Source: Paramecium tetraurelia
Taxonomy: Eukaryota
Length of the DNA stretch: 64,000 nucleotides
Direction: 5' to 3'
Assembly (NCBI GenBank): GCA_000165425.1
Contig: CT868007.1
Span: 186,001-250,000, forward strand
The notes beneath the pieces are model-generated. The model was not told the origin of the DNA. It saw nothing but the letters and a program-made list of their open reading frames with translations, and did no database searches. Shown here in pieces: positions 1 to 14,466 of this stretch. The first letter of the stretch is position 1. Each line of letters opens with the position of its first letter. A program made the translations under genes and the position numbers.

Positions 1-33
1 AAATGAACATGAATTAATTAATTATATATTATT

Positions 34-1036
34 TCAAAAGATCTAACATTAATTTGAAGGTAGAGTGCATTATACTAAATTAAAATCTGATTCTTATTAT
101 TTCTTTTTTATTCCCTAAACAGTCCATAAATCACAATTCATCATCTTATCACAAACTAATAAATAGAGAATGTAATAATACTGATTACTACGTGTGCAAT
201 AAGCAATTATCTATCTTATTCACTTTCAATATAAAAAGAATCTTTAAAATCTTGAACTTTTAATTTGTATTGACTTTACTCTTGATAAATCATATAGGCA
301 AAGTTGTCATATCCTGCCAATACAAAATTTGGATAATATTTAGATTGATTAATAGATTTTAACCATTCTTCCATATTTGGAATTTATTCCTAACAGTATT
401 CAATATTTAACAGTAAACCTTTTTTTGAAAATAAACCCATTTCTAAAGTTAATTAAATACAGAAATACCTTCATCTAATTTAGCCAAGATCCTTCTTTGA
501 TATCCTAATTTATCAATACCGTATTTGTTTAATAGAAATTTGCATTTATTTTGAGCTGGCAATGATTTCAAAAGACTTACATTATCATAAATGCCTAAGT
601 CTATAAAGTTTTATAAGTAGATATCATTCAATCTAATATCCATTAGAAATGTTGCAATTGGTTACTATCTGATGTTGGTGACTTAATTGATTTAGTTCAT
701 TGGAGTTTGAAATTCTTATGTGTTGATCGATTCATTTAATAAATGGTTAATTGAGGTGTTTTAAATAGGTAGATTCGTTTCCAAGGTCCTCGTTTCCACT
801 TATTGCATTTTTGGTTCATCTATGTAGGACTTCTTATTTTTGATTCTTGATTAGGCTTATAATAATGCATTCTTGACGTCTTCTTTTTGCTGTTGCATTT
901 CCTATATGTTTTGTTAGAGACTAGAGATCTTCTCTTGCCATTGTTCTGCAAAATTGGAATAGTTGGATTGTTGGGGGTCGTTATCAAAATTGACTTGAGA
1001 TTTGAAATCAAAACTAAGTTCTTAATTGATTGACAT
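34..1036 (-). CDS. Protein with two SAM-like domains and a C-terminal CaaX-like motif (CQIF)
   Basis: Open in ciliate code from ATG 1036 with two ~26-nt GT..AG introns. Contains IATFLMDIRLNDIYLQNFIDLG..GIDKLGYQRRILAKL and MEEWLKSINQSKYYPNFVLAGYD (SAM pattern WL..I....Y...F...GYD). Ends TGT TAG ATC TTT TGA. Confidence 0.6.
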
Positions 1037-1091
1037 TCTGTTATAAATTAAAATGAAATAATTATTCCTGAATTATAGGCACAATAATGAA

Positions 1092-4000
1092 ATGAGAAAA
1101 AATACATATCAAGTACTATTTATATAGTTAATAAGATTCAATTTAGAAATGGGGAGACTGTTTCATCTGATGGATTCCTAGAAAATGAAAATAAAATTTA
1201 GAGGGCTAATTATACTTTTCTCTTTCCTTGGAGAGTAATTAAGGATAACATCTTCTACTTTTTACTTCTTATATTATAAGCTTTTTCTGCTTAGCCCTTG
1301 TATTTTGTGGCGATTCCCTTAATATTACAAGGGTGGCTGGTTGATTTCCATAATTGTTTAAAAATACGAAAAATGGATTAATTGATAAAAGAGTAAGAGG
1401 CAAAAATTATTAAGTAGTGGGATGAATGTATTATTAATAAGGAAATTATTTCTAAAATAAAGGAAAGATTAGATTAGTAAGATTAAAGTGAGAGCAATTA
1501 AAAATTAAGGAGTAAGTCATAACTTGAGAAGAATTCGTAAAATAAGAAAATTGATTATGCACAGAGTTAAAAGAAAGGAATTTCCAGATCAATTCTATGT
1601 AATATACAATATCTATTTGTGTAGCAAATGATTCCATTCCATTTTAATAAATCCAATACAAATAACAATAAAGTAACAAAAATATCAAAGCCTCTGAAAA
1701 TGTTAAGAAATACAATTAAATGAGTCCATTAATTTATAAAGATATGGCTTTGAAATTATAGTAAATCTAAATCATGGAAACTGATCCATTGATCATTCAA
1801 TTTAAAAAGCTGGTTCCAAGCATATTTCCAAAAGATTTGATTTAAACTACAACTAAAATACCATTAAATGAGAAGTTGAAAAAAATGGAAAAGGATAAAA
1901 TGAATTTAATTAAATCCCAAAATGCTGAAGATATTAAAATAGGAGATGTCATTTTATTACAAAGAAATGAAATAGCACCATGTGATATAATTGTTTTGCA
2001 TTGTAACGATGAAAATTTCTGTGTTTAATAATAATTATGTGATTATTCATAATCAACTGTTAGAAAGCCAGTGGTCTAAAATAGATGTAAAATTTGAATC
2101 TATAATTGTAGCTGATTCATAAACCTTGGCTCAATTTAAAAAGTCTTTGACTGGAAATATCGTATTCCATGAGCAGAATTCTTAAATAAAAGGATTCTTT
2201 CAATTAAAGAAAGATCCATAATCTAAGATGCTTGGATATGAAAACTTTATATTTTGTCAAGAGAAATTATTGGCCACACCTTGGATTCTTGGGATTGTTG
2301 TAAAAGTGGGCAACAGTTGTTTTTGCTATACAAAATTATAAGGAAAATTGAGATTTGATAATCATTAATTCTTTGGATTTTACTTAGTAATTTGCCTAAT
2401 TATGATTGTAAATATTGATATATATCATTTCATAGATATAAATCATAGTCTTCAATCAGAACGTATATTTATATGAATTGAGATCAATAACACAAATTAT
2501 CTTGGATAATTGCATTTATTTAATTTTGATGGTTCCTCATTTCTTTAAGATCTATTATAATATTTGTGGATTGTTTTAATTGCAAATGATAGGAACTATT
2601 GATTAAAAATAAATTATGTCTTGTCATATAGATAAATATTTAGAAAAGTAATACCTCACACTTAGTGTAGAAGCCTTTATAGAATAGTCTTTTAAACTTA
2701 AAAGAATCATCTATAATAGTTAATATTGTGATTTTGAAGAATAGAAATTCTTACAATTTTTGGCGATTGCTGAGAAGGGTCTGAATAAATAAGATTAAGG
2801 TAAGTATATTTATTATATTAACTTAGAACCAATAAACAATTAACTAAATTCTTAAGTCTTAAATTATGATATGTAAAGGTCAAGTTCTGAGATCTTGTTC
2901 AGTTAAAGGGAATGTATAGTTAATTAACTTCCTAAATCAGTAGAATGTAGATTTACACACGATTATTAATAAGATTATAAAACTGAACTGAATGTGATTC
3001 AAGGACAACTGATTTTGTAAGAATAAACTTAACATGACAAGAATATATTTGAGAATTAAGAGATTGGAGATCATCTGACAGCTTAACGTTAATCTAATTA
3101 ATAAAAGAGTTCAAAAATATATCAATCATCTAAGGATTAATCAAGATAAGACAAATACTTAATTGATGAAAATACTCTATACAAATCCATGATTCAAAAC
3201 AATTCTAAAAATGATCTTAATCCTTTACTTTTATAATTGGCTATGAATCATCTTGCATTCTCAAAATTATTGATAACAGAAAAAAAAGAATAGAAAGTAA
3301 AGAATAAATATCTAGGTTTACTTGATTAAAAGTAAGTCAATATGGCCAAAATTATGGGTTATGAATTCATCTGTGTTAACAATGTTTAGTAATATTTTAA
3401 TCATATTTAATAGATAACAATAACATTATATTATATAAATCAACAAGGAACTTTATACATTTAAATTGGTTAATACTAAACTACACATCCAAAATCAAAG
3501 ACTCTACATGTTATTCGAAATGGATGACCAATTCCAAGAAGCTGATTATCAATTCATTTTATTTTTGAGAGAAGCTAATGTGAGAAAAAATGAAAGTATT
3601 GAGGATAAGGTTATGAAACATCAATCAGACTCATTACATTACATATACTATTATTATTGTTTTTTAAGTCAAAAAGAAGCTAATTTATATTTATCTTCTG
3701 CAGAGAGTAACACTTCAGAAAGCTAATTGTATACTCTAATGGAATAGTTACTTAAATTGAATATAATATTCGGGTTGAGTTATGAACTAAAATAGGATTG
3801 CCAAGATTTTATGAAAAACATAAGGAAATCAGACTATCAATTATTCATTTATACCTAAAATTAGGAAATTTCAGCTACATCTATTTTGTACTAATCTGAA
3901 TTATTGTAGTAAAATGATCTGATTTTTCATTTTAATCAATAAAACGAAGAAGATTTAAGAGCCTACTTTAAATAATGCTTGGAAGAGTTTGCTAACTAGT

Positions 4001-7000
4001 TTTCACATGCCAGCATAAGTAGTTCTCAATTTATAAAAATATCTAATCACAGTGCTCAGAAAGCTACTGAAACAGATCATGTTGATGAAAGATCAAGAAC
4101 AAAAAAAGTCGTTGTTATGTTGAACAATTCAACATGCTAATAAATCATGGAAAATACTTACTTTAAGAACCATTTAAAATTATTACTCAATTTTACTAAA
4201 GTGTTATTTTTGTATTAAGCAACCCAAGATTAATTGAATATTGTCTAAGAATTATGGTGTATACCTGGAAAAACTATTAATTTATTATATGAGAATTAGA
4301 GTTTGTTAAGGTGCATTAATGGATGTTAACTTTAAATTTTATAATTGCAAGAATTTAGTTTATTTAGAAATTAGTTATTTGGTGAAGTAAGCAGTAAGAA
4401 TTTCTTTAAAAAATTGAGTTTATCTTTAAGATAGAGATTAATTTATGAGAAATGTTATTTTAATGAATTGTAAATCAATTCAAATACAGATGTGATTATT
4501 CAAGGATTCAAAGAATTAGATAGATTACTATTTTTTTAGAGTCCTCTTTTAAAAATATTGTTTCGATCATTACAATAATAAACTGTCTATAAAACAATAA
4601 CGTTTATCTCTTATTTTACTTTTTCATCGATTCTTTATACATGGAACACTTTAGATTAATAGGATTATTCAGTAGAAATCATATTCTATTTTTACATTTA
4701 TCAACTCTTTTTATTTGGTATTTAACATTATTAGTTTCTTGATGATTCAAAATAACTATAATACAATAAGGATTAATCATTGTTGCTATAAAAATACTCT
4801 AAGCATTAATCTGAAACTGAAATACAGATAACAATTATAATCAAGAATATTTTGTAAGGGATTTTGGTTTCATGCATATTTCAATATGATATCTATTTTC
4901 AAGGATTTTACCTATATATCTTTATGTCAATAAGCATTAGTGATTGGCTCTACTTAATAATAAATTTTGGATTGAAATTTCGAGTATTAACTTCATGCAT
5001 TTTTCCACTGCTCTTTTACATCTACACTATTATAGACTCCTCAAAAGATGAAGAATGGCAGGTTCCGATTAACATATAAGAAGTGTTTTCCATTATTTTA
5101 GGCGTCTCATTTTTGTTAATAACAAACATTTTATCCGATTATCTATAAAATGATGGTTTAAATAATTTACCCACAAGTGAAGATGAGTTTTTATCATATT
5201 TAAATTATATTCATTTAATAAGTGCTCCAGCTTAAAAAAGGAAAACTGTGACTATATTATAGAATAAAGTAAATGATCTATTTGACAATATTGAGCAAGT
5301 TGATTTGAGCATTCAAAAACGTAATTAATTATCTAATACTATTAGTGTTACTTAATGAGCCTAATTATCAGAGTAGATTTGGTTAATGGACCTAAGAAAT
5401 ATTCCATAAAGCATAGACTATTTTATAATGGAAATAAAAATAAACAGCCCAATGTCTTTAATTACTATTTTATCATTGTTCATTTTTGTTAATAATGTAT
5501 TTCTACCAAGACAACAACAATTATTTTTTGGTAGATTATTTTATAATTTTTGGCCTCCAATCTATTGTATTCATTGTGTTTACATTTATTCAATTACCAA
5601 CCAATAGATAACATTATTTAGAGTACGCTAAATTTATAATTGCAACAGCTGCCACTGTGTCGATACTATTTACTTAAAATACATAAGAACACATTGGTTC
5701 TGCTTTAGTTATGTAGTATTTTATCACTTATAAATTGTCCATCAAATTTCATCCAATCTATGACTATAGAACTTATTTGGGCTCAGCTCTAATCACGATA
5801 ATTGGATACATAATTTGGTACATCATTGAGAATGAATCAAATGTTTCCTTCTTAATTTAAATATTGCAATTCATAGTCTTATTTTCAGCATCTCAATATT
5901 TTATTAAGAGTTATGTAAGAATAATATAGTAATCATAATTAGTATATACAATTAGAAGAAGATTAGGCTTAAAACAAATTAAATTTCATAGAGTAAAATA
6001 ATAAAATTAATGACATCCTTGGAATACTATTGCCAAAATTTATAAGAGATAGATTAAATGAAAGTATAGTATCTTATCAACATATTTTAGCTGATTAGTA
6101 CAATATTCATTAAAACTAAGGTTTAGTGGCAATAGTATTTTGTGATATTTGCAACTTCGATTAAATGGTCATAGAAGAGAAGGATAAAATTATCCCATTT
6201 TTAGATGACATTTTTAGAACCTTTGATAAATATTGCTAGATCTATGGAGTACAAAAGATAGAGACAGTTGGAAAGACTTATTTGGCTTCAGCTGGATTGA
6301 AGGCATGTGAACAAGAATTAACATATTTATCATAGGTTGATCCTGTTTAGAGAGCATTAAATTTGGCTGAATAGATGATGAACTACATTAGATCAAAATA
6401 GTAAATATTTTATTTATAGCATTAAGGTGGGGTACTCAAGGACAATAATTAGTTGGGAAGATAGGAATCCATTATGGAGGAGCCATTAGTGGAGTCATAG
6501 GATATCATAAGCCTTAATTCTCCTTAATTGGAGATACTGTAAATACTACGAGTAGAGTATGTTCTACAGGGTTGGAGGATACAATAACATTGTCAGAATA
6601 AGCATTTGATTAAATTAAAAATGAGAATATTGAATTTGAGATAAGAAATGTAGAAATGAAAGGATTAGGTATTAAACCGACTTATATATTTAAATGTAAA
6701 ATTCAAAATAAAGAGAATACTCACTCTGTGTTATATGATTAAGATTTGTAAAGTAGAGATGCAAGAAGCAATTATGTGGTAAGAAAGAATCCAGAATTAT
6801 TGAAAAAAAACTTGAAAAAAAGAAAGACAATATTGACATACATAGATACAATGAATCAAAAAAGGGAATCAATTTAAGATAATGGCAATCACAATGTTTT
6901 TGGCATCAAACCCACTGATCCTGCCTATTATTAGTCATATGATGAGAAGTCAGAATAATCTCTAGAAATTATATAGAAACAAAGTACCGATGAAAAATAG

Positions 7001-8525
7001 AAACTATTATAATAAAATTAATAGCCAAGTACTTTTAAAAGATTGGTGACTTTGTTTTAGAATAGATTTCAATTAGAAAATTATGAACCAGAGATTGATG
7101 AGATGATAGATTATGAGTAGTTATTGGTATTGTTTATTTAATTAATTAGAGAATGTAATTTTATTAAAGAATGAGTACACTCTAGAACATAACCTAATTA
7201 AAGAAACTTCATTCCTTTAGTTGTTAGAGATTTCATATTACAAGAAACAGATGAATTAGTTTATAAGTTATGATCAGTACATGGAGTTTGTAAGAATTTA
7301 ATCTAAGAGTTAAACAATTTACAATTTAAGATTATACGCCCTATATTATATGATAAAACAATTTTGCTAGATACAGTTCTACAGTGATTACATTATTGGC
7401 TTAATTGTATTACAATGGTTATGTTGCATATTGAACTTAATTCAATTTTTAATTAATAGAAAACCCTACTTTGATAAATGGAAGATCCTAATAAAAATCT
7501 TGTTATTTTTTTAGGTTATATTAGCAGGTGTAGTTGTAGTATTAGAAGATAGAGATGAATTGAAAAATGTTCATGTCTATGAGATCGTTTTCATTCAATG
7601 TATTTTTTGTAGTGTATAAATTCTTAGTTTTTGGGTAAAAGTATTATTTTGTTTTTTTACATACTTTTACTCAATAATCATAATTATCATTGATGGATCC
7701 TAATTGATTAGCATATTTTTCCTTTTCGTTAGTTCTATGTATAATTTGACTTTAATATTATTCATCGAACAACAATAAGTAGGTTGTTTTAATTAAAAAA
7801 ACATTTTTAAAACTCAATAACAAAAAGAATCATAATTACTTCAGTATTTATTGCCAAAACACATTCTAAATAAGTTTTTGGATGATAAAATCAACAACAT
7901 AGGAATTTGTGATAAATTGGATAAGTTGACAATCTTATTTGCTGACATTGCTGGTTTTACTGAATACTCTAGCAAAGTGAAACCTGAAGAAGTGTTGGTT
8001 ATGTTAAAGAATCTATTTGTGGAATTTGATAGAAAATGCTGTGAATTGAATGTCTACAAGTTATATACAATAGGAGATTGTTATGTTGCTATTGGAATGA
8101 TTGATTTTAATAATAGAAATCCTCATTAAGAAGCAAAGAATATTGTCGATTTGGCTTTTGAGATGATTAAAATAATTACCTAGGTTAGAAAGTAAATTAA
8201 CTTTGATGGATTAAACATGAGAATAGGAATTCACACAGGGTCTGTTTTTGGTGGAGTCATGGGTACAGATATTGTGAGATATGATATCTATGGACCAGAT
8301 GTGTTAATTGCAAATAAAATGGAATCAAATGGAGTTAAAGGGTTTGTGCATGTTAGTTAAGAAACAAAAGCATATTTAGAATAAGATTTTGATGATCTTT
8401 TTACTTTTGAATTGCACACAACTATAGATCTTAAAACAATTAAAAGATAGATTGAAGGATTTCTAGTACATAAGTTGGAGCAGGATCATTTTCCAGAAGA
8501 AGAAGATTAGTTTTTAAGTTCCTGA
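1092..8525 (+). CDS. Membrane guanylyl cyclase with N-terminal P4-type ATPase-like domain (alveolate type)
   Basis: N-terminal flippase-like motifs (NKIQRANYTFLFP, IGDVILLQRNEIAPCDIIVL, PWILGIVVKVG) and hydrophobic TM blocks. Cyclase domain 1: IVFCDICNF..KIETVGKTY..KIGIHYG..PQFSLIGDTVNTTSR. Cyclase domain 2: ILFADIAGFT..YTIGDCY..RIGIHTG..RYDIYGPDVLIANKMES. Many short introns; TGA at 8523-8525. Confidence 0.93.
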
Positions 8526-8749
8526 TACTGATTATTTTGTGATTATATATATATATAAATATTCTATGAACTTTTTTTTATTGGAATTCTTAAACAACAA
8601 TGATATAGCTTTAATTATAATAATAATTTATAGAGACCTTCATTTGATAAGATATTTGAATCAATCAGAATAATGAAAAAGATTTTAATGTTACTTTTTG
8701 TTTGATATTTGTTATTCTATTAAATATTTTTAAATGCCCCCTAAAATTG

Positions 8750-9535
8750 ATATTTTTATATATAACAAATGAGTAATAATAGTAAGTTTCAATTGAAATG
8801 CTTCTATATAGATTTAGATATTCTATTGTTTCTATTGTATAGCAATTTATATGATCGATCCCAAGGTATTTCCCAATCTAAGTCTGGTATTACATTATAT
8901 AACTGTCTTTAATTTATTTTGTTTCTCCTTAAGGTTGATTATTAATTAGCCGAACTAAGAGTGTTATAATCATTTTCTGGAGTTTTGGATAAATTTAGCA
9001 TTCTAATCCTTTTAGTTTGTGACTCCGATGACTTTTTCACTTCCAATTTATTTTAATCAATTGTCATCAATAGTTTTCTTCTCATTATTTAAACAGGTTT
9101 TATTTGAGGCTCTGTTGGTTTGACTTAATATCTATAATACTCGAGCAGCCACTTGATCATAAGTATGATGAAAGATTAATTCTTATGCATCTCATTCTCC
9201 AAGATTAATGAGATCTTTTAAGCTTTATCTTGAAATTGATTTTCTTGAAAAAATTCCATATACAGTTTAGCAATAAAATCATATACTTGCATAGGAAGTA
9301 AAGGTTGAATAGGTTTATTCATGAGTTGAGCTGATTGTTCATAGAAATTCAATCTGATTAAATTAAATCATAATTTCTCTTACTTTTCATCAATATGAAC
9401 TCTTTAGAAACGGTATAAGATCTAGAGTAATTAATTCTCTTAATTTATACGTTCCTTATCAATCTTTGGATCATAAGGCTAATGCTCACATAGCTGTTAT
9501 TGTCTCAATTTTATCAAATTAATTAACTATAACAT
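8750..9535 (-). CDS. Hypothetical protein (boundaries approximate)
   Basis: Long TGA-free frame in ciliate code with one ~30-nt intron near 9355-9384. No motif recognised; 3' end uncertain. Confidence 0.45.
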
Positions 9536-10344
9536 AAAATTAATAATAAATTTTTCTTCTCTCGTTTATTAACACATGAAATTAATTATTTTTATCCCAA
9601 AATCAAGAGACCGTATCTATATTTATGATATATTTAAGTCGCCAAAAGTTGAGACTAAAATTATGTTGATATAAATATATTATAAGTGTAGATCAGAATC
9701 ATTTAACTAAATTTTCTTTTTTGACTTTTCAAGAGTCCAGTATTTATTTTCTTAACTTATACTCTTAAATTTAATAAAAGATTAGGGATTTAACATAATT
9801 TTGATAAATTATAATATATTATAAATCATAAGGATTGTCTGAATGATATTTCAAATCATCCAGATAATTCATATCGGATATAACTGAAAAATAAACTTAT
9901 TGTTACTTAAATATTGTTTTTATCTTGATGTACACTTTATTATAATCTAGAAATAGTTTAGAATTCACTTCGTTATGTCGTAATGATGAGGTTTCAATAA
10001 ATTTAAAATTTAAACAATTTAGAACTAATTTTATCTCGCATCAACATATTTTGATTGGTGATTTAGCTACTTTTCATAAGGATTATCATGGAATTATTAT
10101 AGTCTATTTCTTAACTGGCGATAGGGAATTTTTATAATGAAATTCTCTTGAATTTAAAACACTTTTTAAAAATAAATCCCTCATAAATATATTAAACGTA
10201 TTAGTTTGTAGTTAGAAATGAAAATTTCACTTAATCAATTAAATATATGCAGGTGATATCAGTAAGAGTGATTTAATTAACACATTATAAAGAGTCTTCT
10301 TTAGTTTCAATTAATAAATAATTTAACAAAGATTTATTAAGTTG

Positions 10345-11223
10345 ATGAAAAGTTCTCATACGAATTCAAACCTGACATAATTTGAAGATAACTATAACAA
10401 AATGAATGTGTTAAGTGCAAGAACAAATAAATTAGGGTTAAAATCTTAAATGCCTCAAAAAGAAAGCCGATAATTTTCACACCATGTTGATGGAAAATAA
10501 AGAAAATAGATAAAAGTTAAAAACTTACTTGTGATAACTGATGATTAAGTAAAATTATACAATATTCTTAAGAAACTGTTTCATAAGGTTTAAGAGAGCA
10601 TACAATCTTATAGAAGTCCTAAGAACTGTCAAACAATTGATGAGGAATGCCCAAATCATTTGGATAAAGGGAATAAGAAAAATTCAAGAATGCTTTCGCC
10701 AAAGGAATAAAACGAAATGATTGAATATTTGTAAAGGAAGAATGAAGAATTAGTTCAAGAAAATAAAGAAAAGTAATAACTGATAAATAGATTATTGGGA
10801 TCAGGTAATGGAGCTTAGAAAATAAAGAAAATACAATCTCCTAAATCCTAGTTGACATTTTAATCAATACCCAAATCGGCTGATGCTAGAAATAGGATGG
10901 AGACTGACATTCGACTACCTGTAATTAGGACACCAGAACGAATTTTAGAGTAGAGATAAGACAAGTAGATAGTTTAGAATGAAAATTAAAGAAGTGACTT
11001 GCTAAATTTATATAACATGAGTTTTGGAAAATAAATTAATTTAAATGAAGATAAAAAGGAGTAGTTAGAATTAACTTCAAATTAGCATAGGCAAACAAAC
11101 CCAAGAGAAAAGATGTATTCATAACCAAATCAACCATTGAAGAAGAATCATTTTTCAAAGGTTCTTTTGAAATTGCCTTAAGAGTTTCATTTAGAGGTTG
11201 AAACTCAAAAAAGGCAGCTTTGA
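10345..11223 (+). CDS. Hypothetical protein with short coiled coil
   Basis: ATG 10345, one 24-nt intron (gtaaaattatacaatattcttaag), open to TGA 11221-11223. Contains EQNEMIEYLQRKNEELVQENKEKQQLINRLL. Confidence 0.6.
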
Positions 11224-11938
11224 AGATTTCAAATTGGTTTTTATTTATATAGATAGTGATTATAAATTATATATTACTTCATTATTGATTATCATTTACA
11301 TTTATTCATCTAAGTTTTGGTACATTCTAACCATGTTATTTATTTTACTCATTATTGTTCTATATATATCCATAATTTTTTATTATTTAGACTATCATCT
11401 GAATCTCAAATATTTCCATTAGCGATTGGATGCTGCAGATCTAATTAGTTGTAAATGCTTTTTATATCGTAGTACAAATAATTTAATAAACTAAGCATAT
11501 CAATATATTTTTTGTATAGATATCTAATAAATATAAAATTTGGATTTTGATTCATTACTATCTTCCGAGGATAATTTTTAGCTCCTTTCAAATACTCTAG
11601 AAAAAGAATGATATATGATAATATCAGAGGTATTGTTTTATCATTCTTTCAATATTTAATGAATTCTCATCAATCCTAGAATTATTCTCTTTTTTGATCA
11701 TAATTTGTAATAGATTGAAATACTAATGATGCTTATTTGATTTAATCCTAATAACATGTCTTTAATATCTTTTATTAATAATTATTTATTCAAAGAATTC
11801 AATATTCTAAATACAATAATATCAAGAAAACATTTCTTAATTAGCATTCAGATAAACAAAAATGAAATTAAACTTTTGAGTTGTAATAAATAATATTGTG
11901 AAATGTTTTAATATTTGATTTGTATATATATTGATTTA

Positions 11939-13290
<1,352 letters not shown>

Positions 13291-13346
13291 TTTTAAAGTG
13301 CTATGTGATGAAAACTCTCTAAAAAAATTATTTGAATTTCAGCAGT

Positions 13347-13389
13347 TACCCCCAGATTTAAATCTCCAAAATATCCTAATATGGGGGTA
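13347..13389. promoter_or_regulatory. Candidate regulatory cluster in the divergent promoter upstream of alpha-tubulin
   Basis: Inverted repeat TACCCCCA (13347-13354) / TGGGGGTA (13382-13389), palindrome AGATTTAAATCT (13354-13365) and CC(A/T)6GG box CCTAATATGG (13375-13384). Function is inferred only. Confidence 0.3.
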
Positions 13390-13450
13390 CATCAAATTTG
13401 AATTATAATTATTCATTACAATATTATAAAATCAATTATAAAATAAGTAT

Positions 13451-14418
13451 ATGCTTCATCTTCTAATTCTGACATTCATCTCTTTAACTCATCAATAAAC
13501 TCCCTAGCTTAATTTGTCCATGTTCAATAACCCATCAAAATTGCAATAAATCTATTTCCTTACTCAATTCATGGCTCTAGAAAAATCTTTGAATTTGACA
13601 GCTCAAAAAGCCCAAGAAAATGCCAATTTCGCCTTAGAATTGTGGGTTAATGCTGAAAAGTTTATTAATTAGACCTCAGATCAAAAGCAAAACAAATCTA
13701 TCCTAAACATTGTCAATAGTTATAAATTTTAAAACATTATTCCATAAGATTAAGAAGGTTGGCAAGCAACTCAAAATTATATTGATGAATGGAAAAACCA
13801 AACAGATGTAACACCTATTCTATCAATTTATAGGATAACAAAAGTATAATCTTATAATATGCCTTAATGAATATCAATCAAATGATAGAATCAGATCCTG
13901 CAAAGTTTAACCAAACCAATTTAATTGAACAAATGCACAATTAAACCTCTATTCTTGATAACAATCAGAAGAACAAAAATACTTCTAAATACATTTCTCC
14001 TTTCTCTTGGTAACATGCTAATGTTAGCGAGGAAGAAATGATTGTGGCACATTTTTTTGAAAATGCAAAAAGCTAAAATATTACCGTCTAAGAATATTTC
14101 AATAAGTTATCTTTTATAGAAGCTGCATCTTTATTAAATGCTTTAGAAAAATTTTATAATGTTTCTAGTAACAATGGAACACCTTCAAAAGCTATCAATT
14201 CAAAGGGAGAACAACCAACTGATGAACCTTAAGAATTACTCCCTGAAATTAAACCTAAAGATAGTGAAGATCATCCTATTTACTTGTATGTTGTATTTTC
14301 TTTAGTTTTGATCGTGTTTATTGTCGTTTTGTTTTTTTTGAGAAGATACTATATACAGTAAAGAATCATTTCGTTTTAAATGAATGAGGAATCAAACACT
14401 TAAGGATTATAGGTTTGA
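13451..14418 (+). CDS. Type I membrane protein (signal peptide and C-terminal TM), about 313 aa
   Basis: Starts MLHLLILTFISLT. One 26-nt intron restores the frame. TM IYLYVVFSLVLIVFIVVLFFL followed by RRYY; TGA 14416-14418. Confidence 0.75.
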
Positions 14419-14466
14419 TTAATTTAATTTGTTTGATTTTTAACTCTAATTTATAATTAATTTAGC

